Notes: a model not told the origin generated them from the letters alone. Positions 18,849-28,826 are shown, numbered from the stretch's first letter. The stretch: DNA of 32,000 nt from Mycobacterium tuberculosis H37Rv (GCF_000195955.2 NC_000962.3:4320001-4352000); one strand, 5' to 3'. Made by a program: numbers and translations.

Positions 18849-20027
18849 ATGGCGGGCGAGCGGAAAGTCTGCCCACCGTCCCGGCTAGTACCCGCGAATA
18901 AGGGATCAACGCAGATGTCTAAAGCAGGGTCGACTGTCGGACCGGCGCCGCTGGTCGCGTGCAGCGGCGGCACATCAGACGTGATTGAGCCCCGTCGCGG
19001 TGTCGCGATCATTGGCCACTCGTGCCGAGTCGGCACCCAGATCGACGATTCTCGAATCTCTCAGACACATCTGCGAGCGGTATCCGATGATGGACGGTGG
19101 CGGATCGTCGGCAACATCCCGAGAGGTATGTTCGTCGGCGGACGACGCGGCAGCTCGGTGACCGTCAGCGATAAGACCCTAATCCGATTCGGCGATCCCC
19201 CTGGAGGCAAGGCGTTGACGTTCGAAGTCGTCAGGCCGTCGGATTCCGCTGCACAGCACGGCCGCGTACAACCATCAGCGGACCTGTCGGACGACCCGGC
19301 GCACAACGCTGCGCCGGTCGCACCGGACCCCGGCGTGGTTCGCGCAGGGGCGGCCGCGGCTGCGCGCCGTCGTGAACTTGACATCAGCCAACGCAGCTTG
19401 GCGGCCGACGGGATCATCAACGCGGGCGCGCTCATCGCGTTCGAGAAAGGCCGTAGTTGGCCCCGGGAACGGACCCGGGCAAAACTCGAAGAAGTGCTGC
19501 AGTGGCCCGCTGGAACCATCGCGCGAATCCGTCGGGGCGAGCCCACCGAGCCCGCAACAAACCCCGACGCGTCCCCCGGACTCCGGCCTGCCGACGGCCC
19601 GGCGTCCTTGATCGCGCAGGCTGTCACCGCCGCCGTAGACGGCTGCAGTCTGGCTATCGCAGCGTTGCCGGCGACCGAGGACCCCGAGTTCACCGAACGT
19701 GCCGCGCCGATCCTTGCTGATTTGCGCCAGCTCGAGGCGATTGCCGTCCAAGCAACCCGCATCAGCCGGATTACCCCGGAATTGATCAAGGCGTTGGGCG
19801 CGGTACGTCGCCACCACGACGAATTAATGAGGCTGGGAGCAACCGCCCCTGGTGCCACACTGGCGCAGCGCTTATATGCCGCACGGCGGCGCGCGAACCT
19901 TTCCACCCTGGAGACTGCCCAAGCGGCCGGCGTCGCAGAAGAAATGATCGTCGGCGCCGAAGCCGAGGAAGAGTTGCCAGCCGAGGCCACCGAAGCGATC
20001 GAAGCACTGATCCGTCAGATCAATTGA
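18849..20027 (+). CDS. espM: FHA-domain plus tandem HTH (XRE-like) transcription factor, alanine-rich (Rv3863; EspM in M. marinum nomenclature as I recall)
   Basis: 392-aa ORF divergent from whiB6. The FHA-like core is aa ~50-128 (IGHSCRVGTQIDDSRISQTHLRAVSDDGRWRIVGN...GMFVGGRR...LIRFG, with SxxH). The first HTH is at aa ~172-230 (RRELDISQRSLAADGIINAGALIAFEKGRSWP) and a second is near the C-terminus (LAQRLYAARRRANLSTLETAQAAGV). An alternative start at M23 is possible. Confidence 0.85.
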   Translation: MAGERKVCPPSRLVPANKGSTQMSKAGSTVGPAPLVACSGGTSDVIEPRRGVAIIGHSCRVGTQIDDSRISQTHLRAVSDDGRWRIVGNIPRGMFVGGRRGSSVTVSDKTLIRFGDPPGGKALTFEVVRPSDSAAQHGRVQPSADLSDDPAHNAAPVAPDPGVVRAGAAAAARRRELDISQRSLAADGIINAGALIAFEKGRSWPRERTRAKLEEVLQWPAGTIARIRRGEPTEPATNPDASPGLRPADGPASLIAQAVTAAVDGCSLAIAALPATEDPEFTERAAPILADLRQLEAIAVQATRISRITPELIKALGAVRRHHDELMRLGATAPGATLAQRLYAARRRANLSTLETAQAAGVAEEMIVGAEAEEELPAEATEAIEALIRQIN

Positions 20028-20084
20028 GGTCGGCTCCGAGCGTCCCACAAGTACAGGCACGCCGTAACGCTCAAGTTCAACGGT

Positions 20085-20108
20085 CCGGGGAACGCGCGCG
20101 TTCTCCGG
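20085..20108 (+). terminator. Candidate stem-loop terminator downstream of Rv3863
   Basis: CCGGGGAACG-CGCG-CGTTCTCCGG forms a 10-bp stem (one G-U) with a 4-nt loop, 58 nt after the stop. It is followed by CGTTTG. Confidence 0.45.
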
Positions 20109-20269
20109 CGTTTGACGGTGCGTTCCATCGTGCCGCGAACTTGAAAACGCCAGCGTCACCAAAAAATTCGTGCACCAACCCCCCTCCGAGCGCTGCTAAG
20201 CTCAATGTGCAGTGCAAAGGTGCAGATAATGATGGCGCACCGGAACGGCGAGCGTAAGGAAACACATAA

Positions 20270-21478
20270 ATGGCATCGGGTAGCGGTCTTTGCAAGACGA
20301 CGAGTAACTTTATTTGGGGCCAGTTACTCTTGCTTGGAGAGGGAATCCCCGACCCAGGCGACATTTTCAACACCGGTTCGTCGCTGTTCAAACAAATCAG
20401 CGACAAAATGGGACTCGCCATTCCGGGCACCAACTGGATCGGCCAAGCGGCGGAAGCTTACCTAAACCAGAACATCGCGCAACAACTTCGCGCACAGGTG
20501 ATGGGCGATCTCGACAAATTAACCGGCAACATGATCTCGAATCAGGCCAAATACGTCTCCGATACGCGCGACGTCCTGCGGGCCATGAAGAAGATGATTG
20601 ACGGTGTCTACAAGGTTTGTAAGGGCCTCGAAAAGATTCCGCTGCTCGGCCACTTGTGGTCGTGGGAGCTCGCAATCCCTATGTCCGGCATCGCGATGGC
20701 CGTTGTCGGCGGCGCATTGCTCTATCTAACGATTATGACGCTGATGAATGCGACCAACCTGAGGGGAATTCTCGGCAGGCTGATCGAGATGTTGACGACC
20801 TTGCCAAAGTTCCCCGGCCTGCCCGGGTTGCCCAGCCTGCCCGACATCATCGACGGCCTCTGGCCGCCGAAGTTGCCCGACATTCCGATCCCCGGCCTGC
20901 CCGACATCCCGGGCCTACCCGACTTCAAATGGCCGCCCACCCCCGGCAGCCCGTTGTTCCCCGACCTCCCGTCGTTCCCAGGGTTCCCCGGGTTCCCGGA
21001 GTTCCCCGCCATCCCCGGGTTCCCCGCACTGCCCGGGTTGCCCAGCATTCCCAACTTGTTCCCCGGCTTGCCGGGTCTGGGCGACCTGCTGCCCGGCGTA
21101 GGCGATTTGGGCAAGTTACCCACCTGGACTGAGCTGGCCGCTTTGCCTGACTTCTTGGGCGGCTTCGCCGGCCTGCCCAGCTTGGGTTTTGGCAATCTGC
21201 TCAGCTTTGCCAGTTTGCCCACCGTGGGTCAGGTGACCGCCACCATGGGTCAGCTGCAACAGCTCGTGGCGGCCGGCGGTGGCCCCAGCCAACTGGCCAG
21301 CATGGGCAGCCAACAAGCGCAACTGATCTCGTCGCAGGCCCAGCAAGGAGGCCAGCAGCACGCCACCCTCGTGAGCGACAAGAAGGAAGACGAGGAAGGC
21401 GTGGCCGAGGCGGAGCGTGCACCCATCGACGCTGGCACCGCGGCCAGCCAACGGGGGCAGGAGGGGACCGTCCTTTGA
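20270..21478 (+). CDS. espE: ESX-1 secretion-associated protein EspE (Rv3864), EspA paralogue
   Basis: 402-aa ORF. It has an N-terminal helical region with a W-x-G motif (NWIGQAAEAY, nt 20435-20443) and a hydrophobic segment (IAMAVVGGALLYLTIMTLM). A long P-G-[LF]-P repeat region covers aa ~178-317. The tail is Gln-rich then acidic. Confidence 0.93.
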   Translation: MASGSGLCKTTSNFIWGQLLLLGEGIPDPGDIFNTGSSLFKQISDKMGLAIPGTNWIGQAAEAYLNQNIAQQLRAQVMGDLDKLTGNMISNQAKYVSDTRDVLRAMKKMIDGVYKVCKGLEKIPLLGHLWSWELAIPMSGIAMAVVGGALLYLTIMTLMNATNLRGILGRLIEMLTTLPKFPGLPGLPSLPDIIDGLWPPKLPDIPIPGLPDIPGLPDFKWPPTPGSPLFPDLPSFPGFPGFPEFPAIPGFPALPGLPSIPNLFPGLPGLGDLLPGVGDLGKLPTWTELAALPDFLGGFAGLPSLGFGNLLSFASLPTVGQVTATMGQLQQLVAAGGGPSQLASMGSQQAQLISSQAQQGGQQHATLVSDKKEDEEGVAEAERAPIDAGTAASQRGQEGTVL

Positions 21479-21506
21479 TCGGACACCGAGTCGCCAGCAG
21501 GTCTGT

Positions 21507-21538
21507 GCCATAGCGAGTCGAAGCCATAGCGAGTAGAA
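21507..21538 (+). repeat. 16-bp tandem duplication in the espE-espF spacer
   Basis: GCCATAGCGAGTCGAA (21507-21522) is followed directly by GCCATAGCGAGTAGAA (21523-21538), 15/16 identical. It lies just upstream of the espF RBS GAGGAGGG. Confidence 0.85.
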
Positions 21539-21550
21539 AGTTAAACGTAG

Positions 21551-21877
<327 letters not shown>

Positions 21878-21879
21878 TC

Positions 21880-22731
21880 ATGACGGGTCCGTCCGCTGCA
21901 GGCCGCGCGGGCACCGCCGACAACGTGGTCGGCGTCGAGGTAACCATCGACGGCATGTTGGTGATCGCCGATCGGTTACACCTGGTTGATTTCCCTGTCA
22001 CGCTTGGGATTCGGCCGAATATCCCGCAAGAGGATCTGCGAGACATCGTCTGGGAACAGGTGCAGCGTGACCTCACAGCGCAAGGGGTGCTCGACCTCCA
22101 CGGGGAGCCCCAACCGACGGTCGCGGAGATGGTCGAAACCCTGGGCAGGCCAGATCGGACCTTGGAGGGTCGCTGGTGGCGGCGCGACATTGGCGGCGTC
22201 ATGGTGCGCTTCGTCGTGTGCCGCAGGGGCGACCGCCATGTGATCGCGGCGCGCGACGGCGACATGCTGGTGCTGCAGTTGGTGGCGCCGCAGGTCGGCT
22301 TGGCGGGCATGGTGACAGCGGTGCTGGGGCCCGCCGAACCCGCCAACGTCGAACCCCTGACGGGTGTGGCAACCGAGCTAGCCGAATGCACAACCGCGTC
22401 CCAATTGACGCAATACGGTATCGCACCGGCCTCGGCCCGCGTCTATGCCGAGATCGTGGGTAACCCGACCGGCTGGGTGGAGATCGTTGCCAGCCAACGC
22501 CACCCCGGCGGCACCACGACGCAGACCGACGCCGCCGCTGGCGTCCTGGACTCCAAGCTCGGTAGGCTGGTGTCGCTTCCCCGCCGTGTTGGAGGCGACC
22601 TGTACGGAAGCTTCCTGCCCGGCACTCAGCAGAACTTGGAGCGTGCGCTGGACGGCTTGCTAGAGCTGCTCCCTGCGGGCGCTTGGCTAGATCACACCTC
22701 AGATCACGCACAAGCCTCCTCCCGAGGCTGA
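21880..22731 (+). CDS. espG1: ESX-1 PE/PPE chaperone EspG1 (Rv3866)
   Basis: ATG at 21880, 2 nt after the espF stop, giving 283 aa (MTGPSAAGRAGTADNVVGVEVTIDGMLVIADRLHLVDFPVTLGIRPNIP...). This is typical of the EspG family and position. Confidence 0.92.
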   Translation: MTGPSAAGRAGTADNVVGVEVTIDGMLVIADRLHLVDFPVTLGIRPNIPQEDLRDIVWEQVQRDLTAQGVLDLHGEPQPTVAEMVETLGRPDRTLEGRWWRRDIGGVMVRFVVCRRGDRHVIAARDGDMLVLQLVAPQVGLAGMVTAVLGPAEPANVEPLTGVATELAECTTASQLTQYGIAPASARVYAEIVGNPTGWVEIVASQRHPGGTTTQTDAAAGVLDSKLGRLVSLPRRVGGDLYGSFLPGTQQNLERALDGLLELLPAGAWLDHTSDHAQASSRG

Positions 22732-22769
22732 CCCCTCACATCTCCGCTACGACTTCAGAAAGGGACGCC

Positions 22770-23321
22770 ATGGTGGACCCGCCGGGCAACGACGACGACC
22801 ACGGTGATCTCGACGCCCTCGATTTCTCCGCCGCCCACACCAACGAGGCGTCGCCGCTGGACGCCTTAGACGACTATGCGCCGGTGCAGACCGATGACGC
22901 CGAAGGCGACCTGGACGCCCTCCATGCGCTCACCGAACGCGACGAGGAGCCGGAGCTGGAGTTGTTCACGGTGACCAACCCTCAAGGGTCGGTGTCGGTC
23001 TCAACCCTGATGGACGGCAGAATCCAGCACGTCGAGCTGACGGACAAGGCGACCAGCATGTCCGAAGCGCAGCTGGCCGACGAGATCTTCGTTATTGCCG
23101 ATCTGGCCCGCCAAAAGGCGCGGGCGTCGCAGTACACGTTCATGGTGGAGAACATCGGTGAACTGACCGACGAAGACGCAGAAGGCAGCGCCCTGCTGCG
23201 GGAATTCGTGGGGATGACCCTGAATCTGCCGACGCCGGAAGAGGCTGCCGCAGCCGAAGCCGAAGTGTTCGCCACCCGCTACGATGTCGACTACACCTCC
23301 CGGTACAAGGCCGATGACTGA
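22770..23321 (+). CDS. espH: ESX-1 secretion-associated protein EspH (Rv3867), EspD paralogue
   Basis: ATG at 22770 (MVDPPGNDDDHGDLDALDFS..., 183 aa) with a very acidic N-terminus. The stop overlaps the eccA1 start by 8 nt (ATGACTGA). Confidence 0.9.
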   Translation: MVDPPGNDDDHGDLDALDFSAAHTNEASPLDALDDYAPVQTDDAEGDLDALHALTERDEEPELELFTVTNPQGSVSVSTLMDGRIQHVELTDKATSMSEAQLADEIFVIADLARQKARASQYTFMVENIGELTDEDAEGSALLREFVGMTLNLPTPEEAAAAEAEVFATRYDVDYTSRYKADD

Positions 23322-25035
23322 TCGCTTGGCCAGTCTGTTCGAAAGCGCCGTCAGCATGTTGCCGATGTCGGAGGCGCGGTCGCTAGATCTGTTCACCGAG
23401 ATCACCAACTACGACGAATCCGCTTGCGACGCATGGATCGGCCGGATCCGGTGTGGGGACACCGACCGGGTGACGCTGTTTCGCGCCTGGTATTCGCGCC
23501 GCAATTTCGGACAGTTGTCGGGATCGGTCCAGATCTCGATGAGCACGTTAAACGCCAGGATTGCCATCGGGGGGCTGTACGGCGATATCACCTACCCGGT
23601 CACCTCGCCGCTAGCGATCACCATGGGCTTTGCCGCATGCGAGGCAGCGCAAGGCAATTACGCCGACGCCATGGAGGCCTTAGAGGCCGCCCCGGTCGCG
23701 GGTTCCGAGCACCTGGTGGCGTGGATGAAGGCGGTTGTCTACGGCGCGGCCGAACGCTGGACCGACGTGATCGACCAGGTCAAGAGTGCTGGGAAATGGC
23801 CGGACAAGTTTTTGGCCGGCGCGGCCGGTGTGGCGCACGGGGTTGCCGCGGCAAACCTGGCCTTGTTCACCGAAGCCGAACGCCGACTCACCGAGGCCAA
23901 CGACTCGCCCGCCGGTGAGGCGTGTGCGCGCGCCATCGCCTGGTATCTGGCGATGGCACGGCGCAGCCAGGGCAACGAAAGCGCCGCGGTGGCGCTGCTG
24001 GAATGGTTACAGACCACTCACCCCGAGCCCAAAGTGGCTGCGGCGCTGAAGGATCCCTCCTACCGGCTGAAGACGACCACCGCCGAACAGATCGCATCCC
24101 GCGCCGATCCCTGGGATCCGGGCAGTGTCGTGACCGACAACTCCGGCCGGGAGCGGCTGCTCGCCGAGGCCCAAGCCGAACTCGACCGCCAAATTGGGCT
24201 CACCCGGGTTAAAAATCAGATTGAACGCTACCGCGCGGCGACGCTGATGGCCCGGGTCCGCGCCGCCAAGGGTATGAAGGTCGCCCAGCCCAGCAAGCAC
24301 ATGATCTTCACCGGACCGCCCGGTACCGGCAAGACCACGATCGCGCGGGTGGTGGCCAATATCCTGGCCGGCTTAGGCGTCATTGCCGAACCCAAACTCG
24401 TCGAGACGTCGCGCAAGGACTTCGTCGCCGAGTACGAGGGGCAATCGGCGGTCAAGACCGCTAAGACGATCGATCAGGCGCTGGGCGGGGTGCTTTTCAT
24501 CGACGAGGCTTATGCGCTGGTGCAGGAAAGAGACGGCCGCACCGATCCGTTCGGTCAAGAGGCGCTGGACACGCTGCTGGCGCGGATGGAGAACGACCGG
24601 GACCGGCTGGTGGTGATCATCGCCGGGTACAGCTCCGACATAGATCGGCTGCTGGAAACCAACGAGGGTCTGCGGTCGCGGTTCGCCACTCGCATCGAGT
24701 TCGACACCTATTCCCCCGAGGAACTCCTCGAGATCGCCAACGTCATTGCCGCTGCTGATGATTCGGCGTTGACCGCAGAGGCGGCCGAGAACTTTCTTCA
24801 GGCCGCCAAGCAGTTGGAGCAGCGCATGTTGCGCGGCCGGCGCGCCCTGGACGTCGCCGGCAACGGTCGGTATGCGCGCCAGCTGGTGGAGGCCAGCGAG
24901 CAATGCCGGGACATGCGTCTAGCCCAGGTCCTCGATATCGACACCCTCGACGAAGACCGGCTTCGCGAGATCAACGGCTCAGATATGGCGGAGGCTATCG
25001 CCGCGGTGCACGCACACCTCAACATGAGAGAATGA
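23314..25035 (+). CDS. eccA1: ESX-1 cytosolic AAA+ ATPase EccA1 (CbxX/CfqX family) with N-terminal TPR-like domain (Rv3868)
   Basis: 573 aa from the ATG at 23314. The Walker A is FTGPPGTGKTT (nt ~24313-24339) and the Walker B is VLFIDEAYAL. The helical-repeat N-terminal half is Ala-rich. Confidence 0.96.
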   Translation: MTDRLASLFESAVSMLPMSEARSLDLFTEITNYDESACDAWIGRIRCGDTDRVTLFRAWYSRRNFGQLSGSVQISMSTLNARIAIGGLYGDITYPVTSPLAITMGFAACEAAQGNYADAMEALEAAPVAGSEHLVAWMKAVVYGAAERWTDVIDQVKSAGKWPDKFLAGAAGVAHGVAAANLALFTEAERRLTEANDSPAGEACARAIAWYLAMARRSQGNESAAVALLEWLQTTHPEPKVAAALKDPSYRLKTTTAEQIASRADPWDPGSVVTDNSGRERLLAEAQAELDRQIGLTRVKNQIERYRAATLMARVRAAKGMKVAQPSKHMIFTGPPGTGKTTIARVVANILAGLGVIAEPKLVETSRKDFVAEYEGQSAVKTAKTIDQALGGVLFIDEAYALVQERDGRTDPFGQEALDTLLARMENDRDRLVVIIAGYSSDIDRLLETNEGLRSRFATRIEFDTYSPEELLEIANVIAAADDSALTAEAAENFLQAAKQLEQRMLRGRRALDVAGNGRYARQLVEASEQCRDMRLAQVLDIDTLDEDRLREINGSDMAEAIAAVHAHLNMRE

Positions 25036-25038
25036 ACT

Positions 25039-26481
25039 ATGGGGCTTCGCCTCACCACCAAGGTTCAGGTTAGCGGCTGGCGTTTTCTGCTGCGCCGGCT
25101 CGAACACGCCATCGTGCGCCGGGACACCCGGATGTTTGACGACCCGCTGCAGTTCTACAGCCGCTCGATCGCTCTTGGCATCGTCGTCGCGGTCCTGATT
25201 CTGGCGGGTGCCGCGCTGCTGGCGTACTTCAAACCACAAGGCAAACTCGGCGGCACCAGCCTGTTCACCGACCGCGCGACCAACCAGCTTTACGTGCTGC
25301 TGTCCGGACAGTTGCATCCGGTCTACAACCTGACTTCGGCGCGGCTGGTGCTGGGCAATCCGGCCAACCCGGCCACCGTGAAGTCCTCCGAACTGAGCAA
25401 GCTGCCGATGGGCCAGACCGTTGGAATCCCCGGCGCCCCCTACGCCACGCCTGTTTCGGCGGGCAGCACCTCGATCTGGACCCTATGCGACACCGTCGCC
25501 CGAGCCGACTCCACTTCCCCGGTAGTGCAGACCGCGGTCATCGCGATGCCGTTGGAGATCGATGCTTCGATCGATCCGCTCCAGTCACACGAAGCGGTGC
25601 TGGTGTCCTACCAGGGCGAAACCTGGATCGTCACAACTAAGGGACGCCACGCCATAGATCTGACCGACCGCGCCCTCACCTCGTCGATGGGGATACCGGT
25701 GACGGCCAGGCCAACCCCGATCTCGGAGGGCATGTTCAACGCGCTGCCTGATATGGGGCCCTGGCAGCTGCCGCCGATACCGGCGGCGGGCGCGCCCAAT
25801 TCGCTTGGCCTACCTGATGATCTAGTGATCGGATCGGTCTTCCAGATCCACACCGACAAGGGCCCGCAATACTATGTGGTGCTGCCCGACGGCATCGCGC
25901 AGGTCAACGCGACAACCGCTGCGGCGCTGCGCGCCACCCAGGCGCACGGGCTGGTCGCGCCACCGGCAATGGTGCCCAGTCTGGTCGTCAGAATCGCCGA
26001 ACGGGTATACCCCTCACCGCTACCCGATGAACCGCTCAAGATCGTGTCCCGGCCGCAGGATCCCGCGCTGTGCTGGTCATGGCAACGCAGCGCCGGCGAC
26101 CAGTCGCCGCAGTCAACGGTGCTGTCCGGCCGGCATCTGCCGATATCGCCCTCAGCGATGAACATGGGGATCAAGCAGATCCACGGGACGGCGACCGTTT
26201 ACCTCGACGGCGGAAAATTCGTGGCACTGCAATCCCCCGATCCTCGATACACCGAATCGATGTACTACATCGATCCACAGGGCGTGCGTTATGGGGTGCC
26301 TAACGCGGAGACAGCCAAGTCGCTGGGCCTGAGTTCACCCCAAAACGCGCCCTGGGAGATCGTTCGTCTCCTGGTCGACGGTCCGGTGCTGTCGAAAGAT
26401 GCCGCACTGCTCGAGCACGACACGCTGCCCGCTGACCCTAGCCCCCGAAAAGTTCCCGCCGGAGCCTCCGGAGCCCCCTGA
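25039..26481 (+). CDS. eccB1: ESX-1 core membrane component EccB1 (Rv3869)
   Basis: 480-aa ORF with an N-terminal cytosolic stretch ([29 protein letters not shown]). A single TM ([21 protein letters not shown]) and a large exported domain follow. The stop overlaps the eccCa1 ATG (TGATG). Confidence 0.96.
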   Translation: MGLRLTTKVQVSGWRFLLRRLEHAIVRRDTRMFDDPLQFYSRSIALGIVVAVLILAGAALLAYFKPQGKLGGTSLFTDRATNQLYVLLSGQLHPVYNLTSARLVLGNPANPATVKSSELSKLPMGQTVGIPGAPYATPVSAGSTSIWTLCDTVARADSTSPVVQTAVIAMPLEIDASIDPLQSHEAVLVSYQGETWIVTTKGRHAIDLTDRALTSSMGIPVTARPTPISEGMFNALPDMGPWQLPPIPAAGAPNSLGLPDDLVIGSVFQIHTDKGPQYYVVLPDGIAQVNATTAAALRATQAHGLVAPPAMVPSLVVRIAERVYPSPLPDEPLKIVSRPQDPALCWSWQRSAGDQSPQSTVLSGRHLPISPSAMNMGIKQIHGTATVYLDGGKFVALQSPDPRYTESMYYIDPQGVRYGVPNAETAKSLGLSSPQNAPWEIVRLLVDGPVLSKDAALLEHDTLPADPSPRKVPAGASGAP

Positions 26482-28724
26482 TGACGACCAAGAAGTTCAC
26501 TCCCACCATTACCCGTGGCCCCCGGTTGACCCCGGGCGAGATCAGCCTCACGCCGCCCGATGACCTGGGCATCGACATCCCACCGTCGGGCGTCCAAAAG
26601 ATCCTTCCCTACGTGATGGGTGGCGCCATGCTCGGCATGATCGCCATCATGGTGGCCGGCGGCACCAGGCAGCTGTCGCCGTACATGTTGATGATGCCGC
26701 TGATGATGATCGTGATGATGGTCGGCGGTCTGGCCGGTAGCACCGGTGGTGGCGGCAAGAAGGTGCCCGAAATCAACGCCGACCGCAAGGAGTACCTGCG
26801 GTATTTGGCAGGACTACGCACCCGAGTGACGTCCTCGGCCACCTCTCAGGTGGCGTTCTTCTCCTACCACGCACCGCATCCCGAGGATCTGTTGTCGATC
26901 GTCGGCACCCAACGGCAGTGGTCCCGGCCGGCCAACGCCGACTTCTATGCGGCCACCCGAATCGGTATCGGTGACCAGCCGGCGGTGGATCGATTATTGA
27001 AGCCGGCCGTCGGCGGGGAGTTGGCCGCCGCCAGCGCAGCACCTCAGCCGTTCCTGGAGCCGGTCAGTCATATGTGGGTGGTCAAGTTTCTACGAACCCA
27101 TGGATTGATCCATGACTGCCCGAAACTGCTGCAACTCCGTACCTTTCCGACTATCGCGATCGGCGGGGACTTGGCGGGGGCAGCCGGCCTGATGACGGCG
27201 ATGATCTGTCACCTAGCCGTGTTCCACCCACCGGACCTGCTGCAGATCCGGGTGCTCACCGAGGAACCCGACGACCCCGACTGGTCCTGGCTCAAATGGC
27301 TTCCGCACGTACAGCACCAGACCGAAACCGATGCGGCCGGGTCCACCCGGCTGATCTTCACGCGCCAGGAAGGTCTGTCGGACCTGGCCGCGCGCGGGCC
27401 ACACGCACCCGATTCGCTTCCCGGCGGCCCCTACGTAGTCGTCGTCGACCTGACCGGCGGCAAGGCTGGATTCCCGCCCGACGGTAGGGCCGGTGTCACG
27501 GTGATCACGTTGGGCAACCATCGCGGCTCGGCCTACCGCATCAGGGTGCACGAGGATGGGACGGCTGATGACCGGCTCCCTAACCAATCGTTTCGCCAGG
27601 TGACATCGGTCACCGATCGGATGTCGCCGCAGCAAGCCAGCCGTATCGCGCGAAAGTTGGCCGGATGGTCCATCACGGGCACCATCCTCGACAAGACGTC
27701 GCGGGTCCAGAAGAAGGTGGCCACCGACTGGCACCAGCTGGTCGGTGCGCAAAGTGTCGAGGAGATAACACCTTCCCGCTGGAGGATGTACACCGACACC
27801 GACCGTGACCGGCTAAAGATCCCGTTTGGTCATGAACTAAAGACCGGCAACGTCATGTACCTGGACATCAAAGAGGGCGCGGAATTCGGCGCCGGACCGC
27901 ACGGCATGCTCATCGGGACCACGGGGTCTGGGAAGTCCGAATTCCTGCGCACCCTGATCCTGTCGCTGGTGGCAATGACTCATCCAGATCAGGTGAATCT
28001 CCTGCTCACCGACTTCAAAGGTGGTTCAACCTTCCTGGGAATGGAAAAGCTTCCGCACACTGCCGCTGTCGTCACCAACATGGCCGAGGAAGCCGAGCTC
28101 GTCAGCCGGATGGGCGAGGTGTTGACCGGAGAACTCGATCGGCGCCAGTCGATCCTCCGACAGGCCGGGATGAAAGTCGGCGCGGCCGGAGCCCTGTCCG
28201 GCGTGGCCGAATACGAGAAGTACCGCGAACGCGGTGCCGACCTACCCCCGCTGCCAACGCTTTTCGTCGTCGTCGACGAGTTCGCCGAGCTGTTGCAGAG
28301 TCACCCGGACTTCATCGGGCTGTTCGACCGGATCTGCCGCGTCGGGCGGTCGCTGAGGGTCCATCTGCTGCTGGCTACCCAGTCGCTGCAGACCGGCGGT
28401 GTTCGCATCGACAAACTGGAGCCAAACCTGACATATCGAATCGCATTGCGCACCACCAGCTCTCATGAATCCAAGGCGGTAATCGGCACACCGGAGGCGC
28501 AGTACATCACCAACAAGGAGAGCGGTGTCGGGTTTCTCCGGGTCGGCATGGAAGACCCGGTCAAGTTCAGCACCTTCTACATCAGTGGGCCATACATGCC
28601 GCCGGCGGCAGGCGTCGAAACCAATGGTGAAGCCGGAGGGCCCGGTCAACAGACCACTAGACAAGCCGCGCGCATTCACAGGTTCACCGCGGCACCGGTT
28701 CTCGAGGAGGCGCCGACACCGTGA
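26481..28724 (+). CDS. eccCa1: ESX-1 FtsK/SpoIIIE-family ATPase EccCa1: two TM helices, DUF domain and ATPase domain 1 (Rv3870)
   Basis: 747-aa ORF. The TM helices are ILPYVMGGAMLGMIAIMVAGG and MLMMPLMMIVMMVGGLAG. The Walker A is GTTGSGKSE (nt ~27915-27941) and the Walker B is LFVVVDEFAEL. Confidence 0.96.
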   Translation: MTTKKFTPTITRGPRLTPGEISLTPPDDLGIDIPPSGVQKILPYVMGGAMLGMIAIMVAGGTRQLSPYMLMMPLMMIVMMVGGLAGSTGGGGKKVPEINADRKEYLRYLAGLRTRVTSSATSQVAFFSYHAPHPEDLLSIVGTQRQWSRPANADFYAATRIGIGDQPAVDRLLKPAVGGELAAASAAPQPFLEPVSHMWVVKFLRTHGLIHDCPKLLQLRTFPTIAIGGDLAGAAGLMTAMICHLAVFHPPDLLQIRVLTEEPDDPDWSWLKWLPHVQHQTETDAAGSTRLIFTRQEGLSDLAARGPHAPDSLPGGPYVVVVDLTGGKAGFPPDGRAGVTVITLGNHRGSAYRIRVHEDGTADDRLPNQSFRQVTSVTDRMSPQQASRIARKLAGWSITGTILDKTSRVQKKVATDWHQLVGAQSVEEITPSRWRMYTDTDRDRLKIPFGHELKTGNVMYLDIKEGAEFGAGPHGMLIGTTGSGKSEFLRTLILSLVAMTHPDQVNLLLTDFKGGSTFLGMEKLPHTAAVVTNMAEEAELVSRMGEVLTGELDRRQSILRQAGMKVGAAGALSGVAEYEKYRERGADLPPLPTLFVVVDEFAELLQSHPDFIGLFDRICRVGRSLRVHLLLATQSLQTGGVRIDKLEPNLTYRIALRTTSSHESKAVIGTPEAQYITNKESGVGFLRVGMEDPVKFSTFYISGPYMPPAAGVETNGEAGGPGQQTTRQAARIHRFTAAPVLEEAPTP

Positions 28725-28826
28725 CCCGCGCCGGCGACGATGCAAAGCGCAGCGATGAGGAGGAGCGGCGCCAACGGCCCGCGCCGGCGACGATGCAAAG
28801 CGCAGCGATGAGGAGGAGCGGCGCGC
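28725..28826. repeat. MIRU-type 53-bp tandem repeat, 2 copies (probably MIRU39 / VNTR4348) in the eccCa1-eccCb1 spacer
   Basis: The 47-nt unit CCCGCGCCGGCGACGATGCAAAGCGCAGCGATGAGGAGGAGCGGCGC is present perfectly twice (28725-28771, 28778-28824), joined by CAACGG, giving a 53-bp period. It fills the whole 102-nt intergenic gap. Confidence 0.9.

Noticed and set aside
19061-19990. 309-aa minus-strand ORF antisense to Rv3863
   Set aside because: It is an Ala/Ser/Arg-rich mirror of an alanine-rich gene. It has no start context, and the + strand frame has recognisable FHA and HTH modules.
20225-20230. GATAAT hexamer 40 nt upstream of espE as its -10 element
   Set aside because: It is plausible, but the first base deviates from TANNNT and there is no supporting -35 or extended -10. 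With no TSS data, the evidence is too weak to list it as a feature.
20722-21222. 166-aa minus-strand Gly/Pro-rich ORF that superficially looks like a PGRS/collagen-like protein
   Set aside because: It is the reverse complement of the EspE P-G-[LF]-P repeat region. The complement of CCN/GGN-rich repeats necessarily yields a G/P-rich frame, and there is no independent start or RBS.
28725-28826. Possibility that the 47-nt perfect repeats are a mini CRISPR array
   Set aside because: There are only two copies separated by 6 nt, so no spacers. There are no cas genes nearby, and the sequence and position match the MIRU family instead.
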